Shown one piece after another: positions 37,527-48,939 of a stretch of DNA of 64,000 nucleotides. The position numbers and the translations under genes are program-made. Source of the stretch: a virus (Duplodnaviria; Caudoviricetes); the IMG/VR virus record IMGVR_UViG_3300035208_002115; one strand, given 5' to 3'. The notes under the pieces were generated by a model that did not search any database, was not told the DNA's origin, and worked only from the letters and a program-made list of their open reading frames with translations. The first letter of the stretch is position 1. Every line of letters begins with the position of its first letter.

Positions 37527-38647
37527 TATTTTATTTTATAATACGCCCTTAACATTTTTTTAGCTGTATCAAGATTCATTGCCAGTAAACGTTTATTACC
37601 TCTACGCTCAATAATTTTTAAGTAAGTAGTCATTTTAAAGAAACGTTCCAAATCATAATTAGAAGATTTTAAATCACTCAATTTTGCAATTTCTTGAATC
37701 GCTGCTGCTGTTGGAAGTTCATCGTTAATATCCATCCCCTCAAAAAATATATCCATCATTTTATCATACATCATCCATTTCTTAAATGTTGGTGTATCCA
37801 TCACTTCAGTTCGATATTCTGCCAGTATCTTACAATTAAAGAACTGTGTGAAATATATACCAAATAATATAAACGATTCAATAATAAATGATAACAATAT
37901 AAAAATTAAAACATTATATTTATTTTCCGATTTAAAAGAGTCTAATTTTGTTTGTTCAGCTTGTGTTATACCAGCAATTTTAACATCTCGCTGGTCTTCA
38001 TAATACCTTATATTTTCTAAATTTTTATCAATTTTTATATTATTTTGTTTAATAAGGTCACCATACATTCGAGCATACTTTTCTTTTGAAATTTCAGCAT
38101 ACTGATTATTTTGGTCAGTCAACTTTTTATTTTCTTCCTGAAGTGCATTAATATAAGTTGTCATATAATAAGCATTAATAGAGTCAGCCTTATTGTTGAC
38201 AACGACTTCGGTTTGTGTTGTCACGGTTTTTTCTCTATTTATAAATTCTTGCGCCCCATTTAGTGATAAATAAAAAGAAATAATAATTACAGCAAATACT
38301 CCAACTACTAATATAGAACTTGTTTTTTTCTCATCATCAGTTCGTGATTGAATTAAATCGATTGAAAACTGTCTGAATATATATCTTTTTAATAATTCAA
38401 AAAATGATAGAAATACAACAACTAAAAAACTCATTAATAACATTCCACTTCCAGCCGTAACAATACCCATGAATAACTCACGTACAAAAAAGTAAGCTAA
38501 AAACACGGATATACTATTACCAAACCATGAAAAATAATACAACAATTTTTGAGCAGCACCAAATCTCTCACCATAACTTTGGCGCAGTGTATTTTTTTCA
38601 AGTCTTAAAAACTCATCATGTGATAAAAATCCCCTTTTTGTTGACAT
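37526..38647 (-). CDS. multi-pass membrane protein with coiled-coil region
   Basis: Four hydrophobic segments flanking a helical soluble region. Confidence 0.7.
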   Translation of the reverse strand: MSTKRGFLSHDEFLRLEKNTLRQSYGERFGAAQKLLYYFSWFGNSISVFLAYFFVRELFMGIVTAGSGMLLMSFLVVVFLSFFELLKRYIFRQFSIDLIQSRTDDEKKTSSILVVGVFAVIIISFYLSLNGAQEFINREKTVTTQTEVVVNNKADSINAYYMTTYINALQEENKKLTDQNNQYAEISKEKYARMYGDLIKQNNIKIDKNLENIRYYEDQRDVKIAGITQAEQTKLDSFKSENKYNVLIFILLSFIIESFILFGIYFTQFFNCKILAEYRTEVMDTPTFKKWMMYDKMMDIFFEGMDINDELPTAAAIQEIAKLSDLKSSNYDLERFFKMTTYLKIIERRGNKRLLAMNLDTAKKMLRAYYKIK

Positions 38648-38663
38648 TTTATATTTTTATTTT

Positions 38664-39542
38664 TTACAGTATGTTTTTAATTTTAGCCATTCGAGACAAA
38701 TTCTTTATACTCTTTTCATCTGAAATATTTATTCGTCTAAACCCTTTATAAGAAACACTCCCATTGTCTATTATCATATATCTATTTTCATCCACAAACA
38801 AAGCATCAATATCCATATCAATATTAAATTTGAAGAAACTGCCTATATTTGTTTCGAAATATTTTTCGATACTAATTGATTCAAATTCTCTTTTTTTAAC
38901 ATTTGCGAATATCAGACAATCAGTTTTATAAAAAACCAAAAAATCGCCAAAATATTCTATTAAAGCTTTATAAATGTATTGGTTATAAAGATTTAACACA
39001 TTTAAACCATTAAAGTCACACTGGTATATATTAATTTTCTTATTATAATAAAGAACAAATAGATAGTTTATAAAATCTTTGATTAATTTGAAATTATCCG
39101 ACTTTTGTAAATAATCAATATGTTCTAATATATTGTGTATTATAATACCAAAACATTCATCATCAAAAATTATTTTATCATTTAACCAAAATGTATTTAA
39201 TATGTTTGGATATAATAAATCAATATCCATTTTATTAGAATTAACTATTCTATTCTCATAAACCTTATTTAAGTAAACAATATTTTTTTTATCATTCACA
39301 ACTTCCATATTGGATATAGTCTGTAAAAATTTATCATAAATGAAATCAAAATATTTTGTTTTTCGAGTTTCTTTATAATCAGAAATCTGATATGATGACA
39401 CCGACACATGGGCTAATAATTCCTTACGAATATTATACCATGTATCGTAATCTATTTTTATATCATCTTCCAAGTGTTCAAAAACCGATAATATAACATC
39501 TATTATGTGCTTTTTACTGTCCATTACTCTTTTTAAATCCAA
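38664..39542 (-). CDS. hypothetical protein with degenerate family-B polymerase palm-like motifs; C-terminal RxxKI motif
   Basis: DIDLLYPNIL, KDFINYLF, YKTDCLIF; ends SRMAKIKNIL. Confidence 0.45.
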   Translation of the reverse strand: MDLKRVMDSKKHIIDVILSVFEHLEDDIKIDYDTWYNIRKELLAHVSVSSYQISDYKETRKTKYFDFIYDKFLQTISNMEVVNDKKNIVYLNKVYENRIVNSNKMDIDLLYPNILNTFWLNDKIIFDDECFGIIIHNILEHIDYLQKSDNFKLIKDFINYLFVLYYNKKINIYQCDFNGLNVLNLYNQYIYKALIEYFGDFLVFYKTDCLIFANVKKREFESISIEKYFETNIGSFFKFNIDMDIDALFVDENRYMIIDNGSVSYKGFRRINISDEKSIKNLSRMAKIKNIL

Positions 39543-40698
39543 TAGGTTCGATGCTACTTTTGTTTAATTCGTTGGCTTCAACTAAATCAGTTGATTCCGA
39601 ATTGAATATTTCAGCAAGAGAAACATCTTTTTTAAATTCCATAATTATATTATTTTTTTCAGCTACTAAACTGGCTTCCTTGGGTGTTAATTTTCTAAAC
39701 ATATGATTTACTCTTAATCTTCCTTTTCTTGTTAAAGCCTCATCTATAATTTTTTTAGCCACATTGAAGGTTGCTATTATTTGAATATCTATGGCATCAT
39801 TAAGTAAACCATCACTCATATTAAGTATATTAGAAACGGCCTGATTTCTATCCTGTTGACTTAATCCAAGAACATTTTCAGCATCTTCCAGAATTAATAT
39901 AGAATCTTTAAATTGAGATATAAATGAAATTAAATCTGGGTTTGCTAATTCGTACATAAGATATGAAGGTATATAAATGAATGTTTTATCTTCACTTAAT
40001 TCTGATATTATTCTACGAATATATGTAGTCTTACCAACACCTGAATCACCATGAAATAAATAAAGACCTTTAGAAGATTTTCTCATATCATCAACTATCT
40101 TCTTGTGTTTCTTAGAAAATCCTTCACCATAATTTAAATCCAAATCAACATCTATTTTTCTAATATATGAACCTCTCAGTTCATATCCACCCATACTGTT
40201 TATTGATATAATAAAAAATTGATTCTTAATACTTGGGAAGTGAATCAATTTTTTAATTTCGGGTATTAAAGTTTCAGTTACAAATTTTGTATTTGTATTA
40301 GTATAATAAATTTTTAATGAATTTATTTTATTACTTTTTTCCGATTCTGCTACTAATTCTAAGAAATCGTTATCATCTAAATTTTTTTCTTCATCAAAGA
40401 ATGATAAATACACACCTTCAGTTTCCAGATATATTAAATATCTGTGTGTCTTCTGTTCTCTGTTTTTTAAATCGACTGTGAAATCTGTTGATATATGAAC
40501 ATTTTCATTTGTTATTTTATATGTCTCATTTAAATACGCCCAGAAATTTGCTGAATAAATTTCGTGAAGTATATTATAACAATTTGGTAGACGATTGAAA
40601 TCCATAGCAATTAATGTATATTCATTATCTACACTGGTTTGTGATACATTAAAAATGTTAATCTTAGTACGTAAATCGAAATTTTTTAATAAACCCAT
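39514..40698 (-). CDS. AAA+ ATPase
   Basis: GDSGVGKT, LILEDAE, LNMSDG, ATFN, ALTRKGR. Confidence 0.88.
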   Translation of the reverse strand: MGLLKNFDLRTKINIFNVSQTSVDNEYTLIAMDFNRLPNCYNILHEIYSANFWAYLNETYKITNENVHISTDFTVDLKNREQKTHRYLIYLETEGVYLSFFDEEKNLDDNDFLELVAESEKSNKINSLKIYYTNTNTKFVTETLIPEIKKLIHFPSIKNQFFIISINSMGGYELRGSYIRKIDVDLDLNYGEGFSKKHKKIVDDMRKSSKGLYLFHGDSGVGKTTYIRRIISELSEDKTFIYIPSYLMYELANPDLISFISQFKDSILILEDAENVLGLSQQDRNQAVSNILNMSDGLLNDAIDIQIIATFNVAKKIIDEALTRKGRLRVNHMFRKLTPKEASLVAEKNNIIMEFKKDVSLAEIFNSESTDLVEANELNKSSIEPIGFKKSNGQ

Positions 40699-40729
40699 AA
40701 AATTATTCTTTGTTTTTATTTATATATTT

Positions 40730-41398
40730 TTAGTATCGGGTTCTAAGTAAAGAAATAATATCCCATGCATCAGAAAGTGCATTATGTTTTACTTCACCTT
40801 CAATTTTAGCTCTTTCTTTACATCTCGATAAAGATGGGACTTCCATATCATTCTTCCAATCAATAAAATATAACGCTGGGTCTATTGCTCTATGTGAAAT
40901 ATTCATAAATTTATTCCACTGTGGTAATTTCTTTAATAATGGAATATCTTTTGAGAATAAATTCTTACCAGCCAATATTAAATTGAAAGGTGGTATTCCT
41001 TTTTGGTTTATATCGGGAATCATTTTATCCTCAACTCTTTTAATATACTGTAAATTAAGCAATTCCATATTTTTAGATAATGGGTAATTGTTTAAAAACA
41101 AAAATTCCCACATTTTCCCTGCTATTTCATAATCGTTTAAGATATCGTGTTCTTTACGATAATCATTTACATTTTCTGCTCGTTCTAAACCAGCTAAAAC
41201 TTTTAGTATATTAGCATTCATACTTAATGCTGCTGGTGACCCAATAATTGTTTTGTAGTTAATTAAACAATGAAACTTTGGACATTCTTCATAAGATAAT
41301 TTTTTAGTTGTATCTTCTAAGATGATTCCAATTTCTAATAATTGAGCTTCCTCTAATTCCAAAGAAGTAAACTCAGTGTCTATTGATAAATATTTCAT
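40730..41398 (-). CDS. DEDDh 3'-5' exonuclease
   Basis: SIDTEFT, AGKN..SKD, HNALSDA. Confidence 0.82.
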   Translation of the reverse strand: MKYLSIDTEFTSLELEEAQLLEIGIILEDTTKKLSYEECPKFHCLINYKTIIGSPAALSMNANILKVLAGLERAENVNDYRKEHDILNDYEIAGKMWEFLFLNNYPLSKNMELLNLQYIKRVEDKMIPDINQKGIPPFNLILAGKNLFSKDIPLLKKLPQWNKFMNISHRAIDPALYFIDWKNDMEVPSLSRCKERAKIEGEVKHNALSDAWDIISLLRTRY

Positions 41399-41455
41399 AT
41401 AAAATGTTTTCTTTTTATATTAAAAATAAATGTCTTTGTTTTAATATATAGATAC

Positions 41456-42106
41456 ATGAAATACCTAAATAATTATATAGATTTTGTGTCTGAATCAGTT
41501 GAAGAATTTGTAGAATTGGCTGCTGATGTGAATATATTAGAATCAATTGTAACTGATTCAGAATCGTTATTAAAATCTATTCAAGCTAAAGAAGAAGATT
41601 TATATAGTACATTTGAGTTGAATCCAGAAAAATTCCCTCGTAATATGATAATTGAAAAATTATATAATTCACCGACATTCAATAAAAAGTTAGTTTCTAA
41701 GAAATTGAAAAAGTCAACAATGGAAGAAACTGAGGATATGGAAACTTTTTTGGAAAACATTTTAGATGTCAAATTTTTTTTGATACACGAACAAGATAAA
41801 AGTAATTTGGATAAACCAGAATTTATTGTTTTCCAATCTAAAAAAAGAGAAAGTTCAACATGGACTGAAATAAAATTATATTCAGTTCATGATGACATTA
41901 GAAATTTTTATGATAGATTAACTAATAAAACAGTGGAGTTGAAAAAGGGTGATAAGACCTATATTTATTTTACCAGTAATTCAGGTAACAACTGGCAGCT
42001 TCAGAATCTTGAAGTTGCTGATAATATATTTAAAGATTTACTGGATAATGAAGAAATAAAAATGATTTTAAGAGATAAAGATATTACTATTACAATTATA
42101 TCATAA
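41456..42106 (+). CDS. hypothetical protein (N-terminal YLNNYIDFVSE motif)
   Basis: 216-aa ORF; AATATATA at 41443. Confidence 0.7.
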   Translation: MKYLNNYIDFVSESVEEFVELAADVNILESIVTDSESLLKSIQAKEEDLYSTFELNPEKFPRNMIIEKLYNSPTFNKKLVSKKLKKSTMEETEDMETFLENILDVKFFLIHEQDKSNLDKPEFIVFQSKKRESSTWTEIKLYSVHDDIRNFYDRLTNKTVELKKGDKTYIYFTSNSGNNWQLQNLEVADNIFKDLLDNEEIKMILRDKDITITIIS

Positions 42107-42123
42107 AAAATAAATAAATAAAC

Positions 42124-42336
42124 ATGAAACATTTAAAAACATTTGAATCCTATCAAGATACGAACGAAAGTACGGACTTAGAAGTTTGGTTCGCACAATT
42201 ACCATTAAAACAACAATTAGAAATAACTGGGATTAAAAATACAGGTAAAACAGAAGCACTCTGGCATGAAGCTGAATCAGAATGGTATGCAATGCCAGAA
42301 GATAAAAAGAAAGAATGGTACGATAAATTAAATTAA
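42124..42336 (+). CDS. hypothetical protein (MKHLKTFESY)
   Basis: 70-aa ORF. Confidence 0.7.
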   Translation: MKHLKTFESYQDTNESTDLEVWFAQLPLKQQLEITGIKNTGKTEALWHEAESEWYAMPEDKKKEWYDKLN

Positions 42337-43444
42337 TCATTTATTCCTACATAACCCTTTACAATCACATCTGGTTACAGTATCAGAATAACACCAATCA
42401 AGGCCATCTTTTTCATCGAAGACGGCCTGAATTTTTTTAATAGGTATTTGTACTCGTTGACCTTTTTTATATCGTTCGAAATCCCATTCACAACGTTCCA
42501 GTTCACCAATGAATAGGTTTTTATTAAAATCTATTGATTTAATTCTGAACCACACATTTCGTTTACCATCACTGTGAGACAATCTAACAGACACCAATTG
42601 GTCACATAGAAACTCCACCACCATGTCCACCAGTCCCCATTTTTTCTTTGGTTTTTTGTTTATCTTTTGGATATTTACTATTAAAATAATACTTGAATAT
42701 TCTTTCTATTCCAGAAACAATTATACCAACTAATACTAATATAAACACCCCATACCAAAAAAGAGTAGAACTATCTTGGCTTTTTAAAAATTCGTATAAA
42801 TTATTCATATATTTATTTTTATTAATTACCAAATTCACCAGATACAGCATTATACAGACTTTGAAATATTTCTTTTATCTCGTCAGCCGATAACCCTTTA
42901 GATAATAATGTCTCAGATGCTTCATGAAATGCATCAGCATTTGAATCATCCCACCATTGACCATCATTTGGAAGGTCACTGTTTATAAACTCTTTTAATT
43001 TTTTGTTTGTCATAATTCAATTATTTTATTACAATTCATTTATTTCACCAAGGTCATTTGGTTCTTCAGTAACTTTTCTAAATGATTCAATCCAACCACC
43101 ATTACAACATGCCATAATATGGATAGCTCCAGTACTATGACAAGAACAATTACAAGGGTAATAATCAACAATATATTCAACCCCATTTATCACCCTGCGT
43201 TCTGGGTCTGGCTTTAATATTGGATAGAAATTTTTCATTTTCTTGATTTCTTTTTATAATTATTAATATCAATCGGATGTTTATCTAAAAACAATGATTT
43301 AAATGCTCGTTTAATATTTTTAAATCCACTTTCCAGTGGTAATTTTCTGGATACCTTGGCACACTGACGTTTATCTTTCAGATTTCCCTTTCTTCCAGCG
43401 AAATGGGACACACTTACTTCATTTGTATACCTGCTCCGTGACAT
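42337..43444 (-). other. run of small hypothetical CDS (42337-42630, 42602-42850, 42822-43013, 43029-43238, 43235-43444)
   Basis: Co-oriented packed ORFs. Confidence 0.55.
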
Positions 43445-43935
43445 TATAAATCATCAAAAATAGATTCCAAAATATTTTTCCTATATAATTTAGTAAAATC
43501 TTTTATTGGTAAACTAACGATATCTGCGTTATTAAAATAATTTTTCTTAAATCTTGAAAAATAATATTTATCATTAATTTTTAAAATAAAGAAAAAAAGT
43601 ATTGAATTTAATGCCGTATTATATATGTTGAAATATTCTCTCGTTTCAGCATCTAAAGCATTAACATCATATTTAATTTTTAAATCATCAACTTTAACAA
43701 GATGGTATTCTATTTTTTCTTCAAATTCAACAAGTGATATACCTTTTATTTCGATAATGGGTAAATCCAATAAAGAATTTAAAATATTATCATTAATACC
43801 AACAAAAGAAAATAAATCGATTTCTTGGTCTGAATATTCATACATTTTATATATGGATAAAAAAAACATTTCTTTATCAATCTTCGAATGAATATTAGTA
43901 AACACCTTTTTAATCAAAATATCCATACTATTCAT
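43444..43935 (-). CDS. hypothetical protein
   Basis: 163 aa; ends YRKNILESIFDDL (variant of the C-terminal motif). Confidence 0.6.
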   Translation of the reverse strand: MNSMDILIKKVFTNIHSKIDKEMFFLSIYKMYEYSDQEIDLFSFVGINDNILNSLLDLPIIEIKGISLVEFEEKIEYHLVKVDDLKIKYDVNALDAETREYFNIYNTALNSILFFFILKINDKYYFSRFKKNYFNNADIVSLPIKDFTKLYRKNILESIFDDL

Positions 43936-44854
43936 TTGATAAATATAGATAATTATTATTTATTTTATAAGTAAGAACAGACATTTCATTCATACCAGAA
44001 AAAACAATAACATCATAATTATAATTATTTATATTTGAATAAATTTTATCAGATGATTCATATTTTTTAGCTGAATCATCTTCATATTTATTTCTACTAT
44101 CCATATAATGAACCAAGGGTTTAATACTATTTTCCCATGTAGATAATGATAGATTTAAAGCTTCTTTTTCTGATAAATGTCCTGAAAGATTATCATGATA
44201 TAATTTATTAAAAACAATAGGGGTTCTTATTCTAAGATATAACAAATTATAAAGTTCTTGAACTGTATAACCACCCGTTTTATAATCATTCGTTAAAGCC
44301 AATCGTTTACGAGCATTCTCTGATAACGTAAAGTATAATTCACAGAATCTATCACACGCAATATATTTATTATTATAAGAACCACCCACAAATGTGATTA
44401 TAGTATAGTAATCAATTGCTGGTAATCCCATATAATCAAAAAAAGATGATATTTTATCTATTTCTGATTTAGATGATAACGCAACATTAGAAACATTCGA
44501 AGATAATTTACATGATTTAGATGTTTGTATAGAAACTCTAAGTTTATTAATTTTAATAAAACTCCCCAACCCCCTAAGTTTTCTTTTAATAATAAAAGAT
44601 TTTGGTAAGTCATTTATATTAAAATCAATATTAACTGGGAAAAAATCGAATGGTAACGAATAGTTATATATACCATGATACATATTCCATTCGAACACTT
44701 TAAGCAGAACATTTATATTATTATTTATAACACTGTAAACTAAATCTAAACCGTGTTTTTCGAATTGTTTATTGGTAATTTTTTTAAATTTGAAATCCTT
44801 GCGAAATAAAGTCAGGTTTTCACCCTCATAACCAATAAAAAAGTGTTGTTCCAT
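43928..44854 (-). CDS. hypothetical protein
   Basis: 308-aa ORF. Confidence 0.65.
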   Translation of the reverse strand: MEQHFFIGYEGENLTLFRKDFKFKKITNKQFEKHGLDLVYSVINNNINVLLKVFEWNMYHGIYNYSLPFDFFPVNIDFNINDLPKSFIIKRKLRGLGSFIKINKLRVSIQTSKSCKLSSNVSNVALSSKSEIDKISSFFDYMGLPAIDYYTIITFVGGSYNNKYIACDRFCELYFTLSENARKRLALTNDYKTGGYTVQELYNLLYLRIRTPIVFNKLYHDNLSGHLSEKEALNLSLSTWENSIKPLVHYMDSRNKYEDDSAKKYESSDKIYSNINNYNYDVIVFSGMNEMSVLTYKINNNYLYLSNE

Positions 44855-45157
44855 TTTGAACTATTTATTTTTGAAGAATACATCTAAATCGAAGGACACC
44901 ATTTATTCTATTATATTACCTGCTTTTTTTGAACATCTTCAATCACTCTTTTTTATCTATATCTATATCTATATTTGTGACTGAATAATGTTCGCAGAAT
45001 AATATATATTCTCCTAAATCGTAACGAATTTTTTGTCTGATTTCGCACAGCAAATATCTAATATCTTCGGTTTTACGATTTAAATGTATTCATTAATCAT
45101 ATATACAAAATTACTAAAAAGTTTTAATTAAATATATGTTCAAATATACTAAAAGTT

Positions 45158-45490
45158 TTAATAATCAAATATTTCTTTTAATTTTTTCTTTCGTTCTTCA
45201 ACTAAATAATATCGTTTCAATTTATTTTTCAAAACACCATCTTTGGTGTATTCTAATATATTTGTAGTGTTAATAAATGGTGGTATATCATGAATCTTCC
45301 TGTATTCACCTCGTATTACATCTTCCAGAACACCCAATAATGTTAAGCTCCGTCTATACACATCTAAACTTGGTGAAGGAAAATAATTTACCAAATCTTT
45401 TCTCAAAATTAATACACCAACTTCTAATTTATTGATGTATTCTACAATTTCAGAAAAATAACTATAATCACTTAATTTATTCTTTGCCAT
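45158..45490 (-). CDS. hypothetical protein, C-terminal RxxKL motif family
   Basis: ends ERKKKLKEIFDY. Confidence 0.65.
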   Translation of the reverse strand: MAKNKLSDYSYFSEIVEYINKLEVGVLILRKDLVNYFPSPSLDVYRRSLTLLGVLEDVIRGEYRKIHDIPPFINTTNILEYTKDGVLKNKLKRYYLVEERKKKLKEIFDY

Positions 45491-45948
45491 GTTTGAATAG
45501 TAAAGGGTATTTCATCAAGAATAATTTCTGAATTAATAAGCTCGAATTCTTTTTCATTTATCTCTGGGAAAAAAACATCACCATCTAATATATCTATATC
45601 GATTAAACTACGATAAATTCTTGTCACGTATGGCATGGCTTGTTTATATATCTCACCCCCACCAATTACAAAAATATCACGGGTAGCCTTTTCAAAAGCC
45701 TTTTCTAACGAATTGACTACAATAACATCACCATGTATGCTATCTGAGTTTCTTGTTATAACTATGTTTTCTCTATTTTTAAGAGGTTTTCCTAACGTAT
45801 CCCAAGTTTTTCTACCCATAAGAATACTATTTTCAGTTGTCATTCGTCTGAAAAACTTCATATCTTCTGAACAATGCCAAGGAATCGTTCCATTTTTAGC
45901 AATCACGTTATTCTTCGATGTTGCTACTATTAGTGAAATTGTTTTCAT
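45472..45948 (-). CDS. folA: dihydrofolate reductase
   Basis: IVA..NNVI...IPW..SEDMKFFR..T...ILMGRKTW...PL.NRENIVITR, VIGGGEIY. Confidence 0.95.
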   Translation of the reverse strand: MKTISLIVATSKNNVIAKNGTIPWHCSEDMKFFRRMTTENSILMGRKTWDTLGKPLKNRENIVITRNSDSIHGDVIVVNSLEKAFEKATRDIFVIGGGEIYKQAMPYVTRIYRSLIDIDILDGDVFFPEINEKEFELINSEIILDEIPFTIQTWQRIN

Positions 45949-46558
45949 GTCTATAATGATAATTATGTGTTTTTGTTTTTATTACATTGTAATTATATCG
46001 GGATAATAATTCCTCAATTGCCTTAACTTCTTCATCCAAGCTTCTAATATTTTCGAAAATTATAATTTTTGGGATTGGGTTACAACGAACGACCTGAGAT
46101 AAAATTATTCTATTATAACCCTCGGTGTTTAAATATAAAATATCATATTTATTAATAAAATATTTTTTTATAATATGTTCATATGGTACACATTCAACTG
46201 GTGTCGATACAATATTATCTTCAGATATTCTATGTCTTATTAAATTAATCTTATCTAATGATGAAATGTGTTTGGTTATTTCTTTAGTGACAGTTGAAAC
46301 TTTAAACAATTCCTGTGTACCATAATTCTTAGAAATGGCAACATTCTCAAAATATAATTTATAATAACCAGTATAGTTGTCAATAAGCTTTAAAAACATA
46401 TCCTGATTTGGTTCTATTAATACACCTTCCCAATCATGTTTTGTTATGTATGGGTATAAAATATCATTATATATACCATCACTTGCACCTATTTCAACAA
46501 AAAATACACTATGGTACAAGATATTCATCTTGCTTAATATCAATTCTATCGTCTTCAT
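45908..46558 (-). CDS. FkbM-family methyltransferase
   Basis: FVEIGASDG, WEGVLIEP, ENVAIS, LNTEGY. Confidence 0.8.
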   Translation of the reverse strand: MKTIELILSKMNILYHSVFFVEIGASDGIYNDILYPYITKHDWEGVLIEPNQDMFLKLIDNYTGYYKLYFENVAISKNYGTQELFKVSTVTKEITKHISSLDKINLIRHRISEDNIVSTPVECVPYEHIIKKYFINKYDILYLNTEGYNRIILSQVVRCNPIPKIIIFENIRSLDEEVKAIEELLSRYNYNVIKTKTHNYHYRHENNFTNSSNIEE

Positions 46559-48275
46559 TTGTTTTAATATCGGAAAATTGTGTGTTTATTACTTTAATAA
46601 CTCGGTCAAAATTGTTAGTATCAACATCTAAAATACCGTGATGCATAGTTATGACATTCGTATTAAGGTCTATCGATAACTTTTTCAGTAATTTAATAAG
46701 CATTGATATGTATTCAGTGTCAATAGATACAAATATTTCGTCTAAGAACAAAATGTTAATAGATTTCATACTTCTTATCATCTTAATATAAGAAAATGCT
46801 ATTATAATATTTATAATTTTCATTTCACCATTCGATAATACTTCTGGATTGATTTTAGTGATGCCAAACTCATAAACAGTGGCGTTGAAATCGTCATTCA
46901 ATACTGCCCTGTATTTAAAATCAATTTCATTTAAAAATTCATCAATATATTGATTTATAGGTTTGACCAAACTTCTAATAATACTTTTCCTTATTCCAGT
47001 ATCATCGAATAGATTTATTAATTTTTCATAATCATCTTTTTTCTTATTGGACTTGTCCAATTCAGTAGTTAAAATAATATTTTTATTTTTTAGTTCTGTG
47101 ATTTTATTCTGTAAACTGTCGGCTGTGATATTATTAGTATCAGATTTTTCTGCTGACAGATATTCTTTTTTTATATTTTCAAGTTCCAACTTTAATTTAT
47201 TATTCAATTCCGCATAATTATTACGTTTTCTGATAACAACATTATAAGAAACCTCAGTTTCTCTACCTTCACGGTTAACCTTATTTATTTCTTCGTTGAG
47301 GTATTCAACTCTTTTATTGTTTGATTCTTTAGTTTTATAATAAACAGTTAATTGTTCTATGTGTGAATGGTCTTTTAACTTAGTATTACATAAAGGACAA
47401 TTTCCAGATTCAAATACTTTTATTTTTTCATCAAGAAGTGAATTATCATTTGTTAAGGCCGATATTTCTTCTTTTAATATTTTTATTTTATTTTTTAGTT
47501 CTTGTAATTTTTCACTTATCGTGGAATATTCGATATCAATTTTTCTAACTTCTTCTTTTATATGTTTACGTTTTTCCGATTTTTCCTGACCATCTTTAAT
47601 CAATGCAACCATTTTTTCCTGTTTAGAAGTGGACACTTGTGCATAAATTATTTCAATAGTGGATGAATATTCTTCTATTAGATTATTATTGTTTAATATT
47701 TCATCTGTTAGAGCTTCAATTTTTTTCAATAAATTTTTAAGTAAATCCTTTGTAATAGATAAATATGAATCTAATTTTTCAAGATTGAATATTTTATTCA
47801 ATAGATTTTTCTTATCAACTGATTGTAATTGAATAAAATTTAAGAAATCATTTATACTCATCGATATAAATGATTTAAACGTATCGTAGTTGAACCCTAT
47901 AAGTTTATCTCTATCATCATCAGTTAGGGTCTTAAATCGTTCTGTATATGGCTTGTCGTTTAATTTAACATCAAATGCATTGGGGTTGACATTTCGTTGG
48001 ATATTTATTTTCTGTTCGTTGTTGTTAATAAAATCAACAATAACTTCAAGATTCTTATTTCTTCTGTTTGGTAAATCGATAAGAGGAATTGACTTTTTAT
48101 TTTTCCCTCTTACTTTGGAATAAATAGCCAAATCTATCGATTCTAAAATAGACGACTTACCAGCACCAGTTCTACCTTGTAATAGAATTAGTTCTGGCTT
48201 CTCAGAAAACTTAACAACCTGTTGTTTATTTCCGTAAGACTTAAAATTTTTGAATCTTATTTCTTTTATAATCAT
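46509..48275 (-). CDS. SbcC/Rad50-like (T4 gp46-type) recombination ATPase
   Basis: FKNFKSYGN, GRTGAGKS, coiled coil with CPLC zinc hook, LSNGE, LFLDE. Confidence 0.92.
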   Translation of the reverse strand: MIIKEIRFKNFKSYGNKQQVVKFSEKPELILLQGRTGAGKSSILESIDLAIYSKVRGKNKKSIPLIDLPNRRNKNLEVIVDFINNNEQKINIQRNVNPNAFDVKLNDKPYTERFKTLTDDDRDKLIGFNYDTFKSFISMSINDFLNFIQLQSVDKKNLLNKIFNLEKLDSYLSITKDLLKNLLKKIEALTDEILNNNNLIEEYSSTIEIIYAQVSTSKQEKMVALIKDGQEKSEKRKHIKEEVRKIDIEYSTISEKLQELKNKIKILKEEISALTNDNSLLDEKIKVFESGNCPLCNTKLKDHSHIEQLTVYYKTKESNNKRVEYLNEEINKVNREGRETEVSYNVVIRKRNNYAELNNKLKLELENIKKEYLSAEKSDTNNITADSLQNKITELKNKNIILTTELDKSNKKKDDYEKLINLFDDTGIRKSIIRSLVKPINQYIDEFLNEIDFKYRAVLNDDFNATVYEFGITKINPEVLSNGEMKIINIIIAFSYIKMIRSMKSINILFLDEIFVSIDTEYISMLIKLLKKLSIDLNTNVITMHHGILDVDTNNFDRVIKVINTQFSDIKTNEDDRIDIKQDEYLVP

Positions 48276-48411
48276 TGTATGTTATAGTCTAATATGAGAA
48301 AAATGTTTATAAAAAAGGGGCTTCCTGAGAAGCCCCCGTTCGAAATGGAAATGTATAACATGCGTGGGGAAATGTCATACTTAACTATATATTAATTTTT
48401 TCAAAAAATAA

Positions 48412-48678
48412 TTACATTATTCGACCATTGGAAATTAATTTCCCCTTTTCATTAGTATATTTATATCTAATATCGTCCTCGGTTTTTAAAATAACAAATG
48501 AGTTACCTTTCCATATCTTTTTTTGGTCTGGTTTATTTAAGTATTTTTCAGCATCGGTGGAGTTTTTAATTTCTTCACCCGTTACTGTAATAGTAATAGT
48601 TTTCTCACCTGTCCAACCAGATTTTGTCTTTTCTATTTTATTTTTTTCATTCAAAAAATTTCCAAATTTAGTTTCCAT
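48412..48678 (-). CDS. hypothetical protein (N-terminal FGNFLNE motif)
   Basis: 88-aa ORF. Confidence 0.65.
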   Translation of the reverse strand: METKFGNFLNEKNKIEKTKSGWTGEKTITITVTGEEIKNSTDAEKYLNKPDQKKIWKGNSFVILKTEDDIRYKYTNEKGKLISNGRIM

Positions 48679-48694
48679 CTTTATTATTTTTTTT

Positions 48695-48928
48695 TTAATT
48701 TCTTAATTTAAATCCAAGTTGTTCTCTTTCCTTGGGTGAAAGTACAATTTCATTCTGGTCTAATTCTACATATTGACCATCATTTCCTTCCCACACATCA
48801 AAAACAGTGTCTAAAGACTTCACACCATCATCACCCATAAAAGTGACTTTATCACCAACTTTATATTTGTATTCACTTTCTGAGTTGGTTTCATTGATAA
48901 AATTAATAAAATTCAATAATTGTTTCAT
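48695..48928 (-). CDS. hypothetical protein (N-terminal FINFINE motif)
   Basis: 77-aa ORF. Confidence 0.65.
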   Translation of the reverse strand: MKQLLNFINFINETNSESEYKYKVGDKVTFMGDDGVKSLDTVFDVWEGNDGQYVELDQNEIVLSPKEREQLGFKLRN

Positions 48929-48939
48929 ATTTATTTCTT

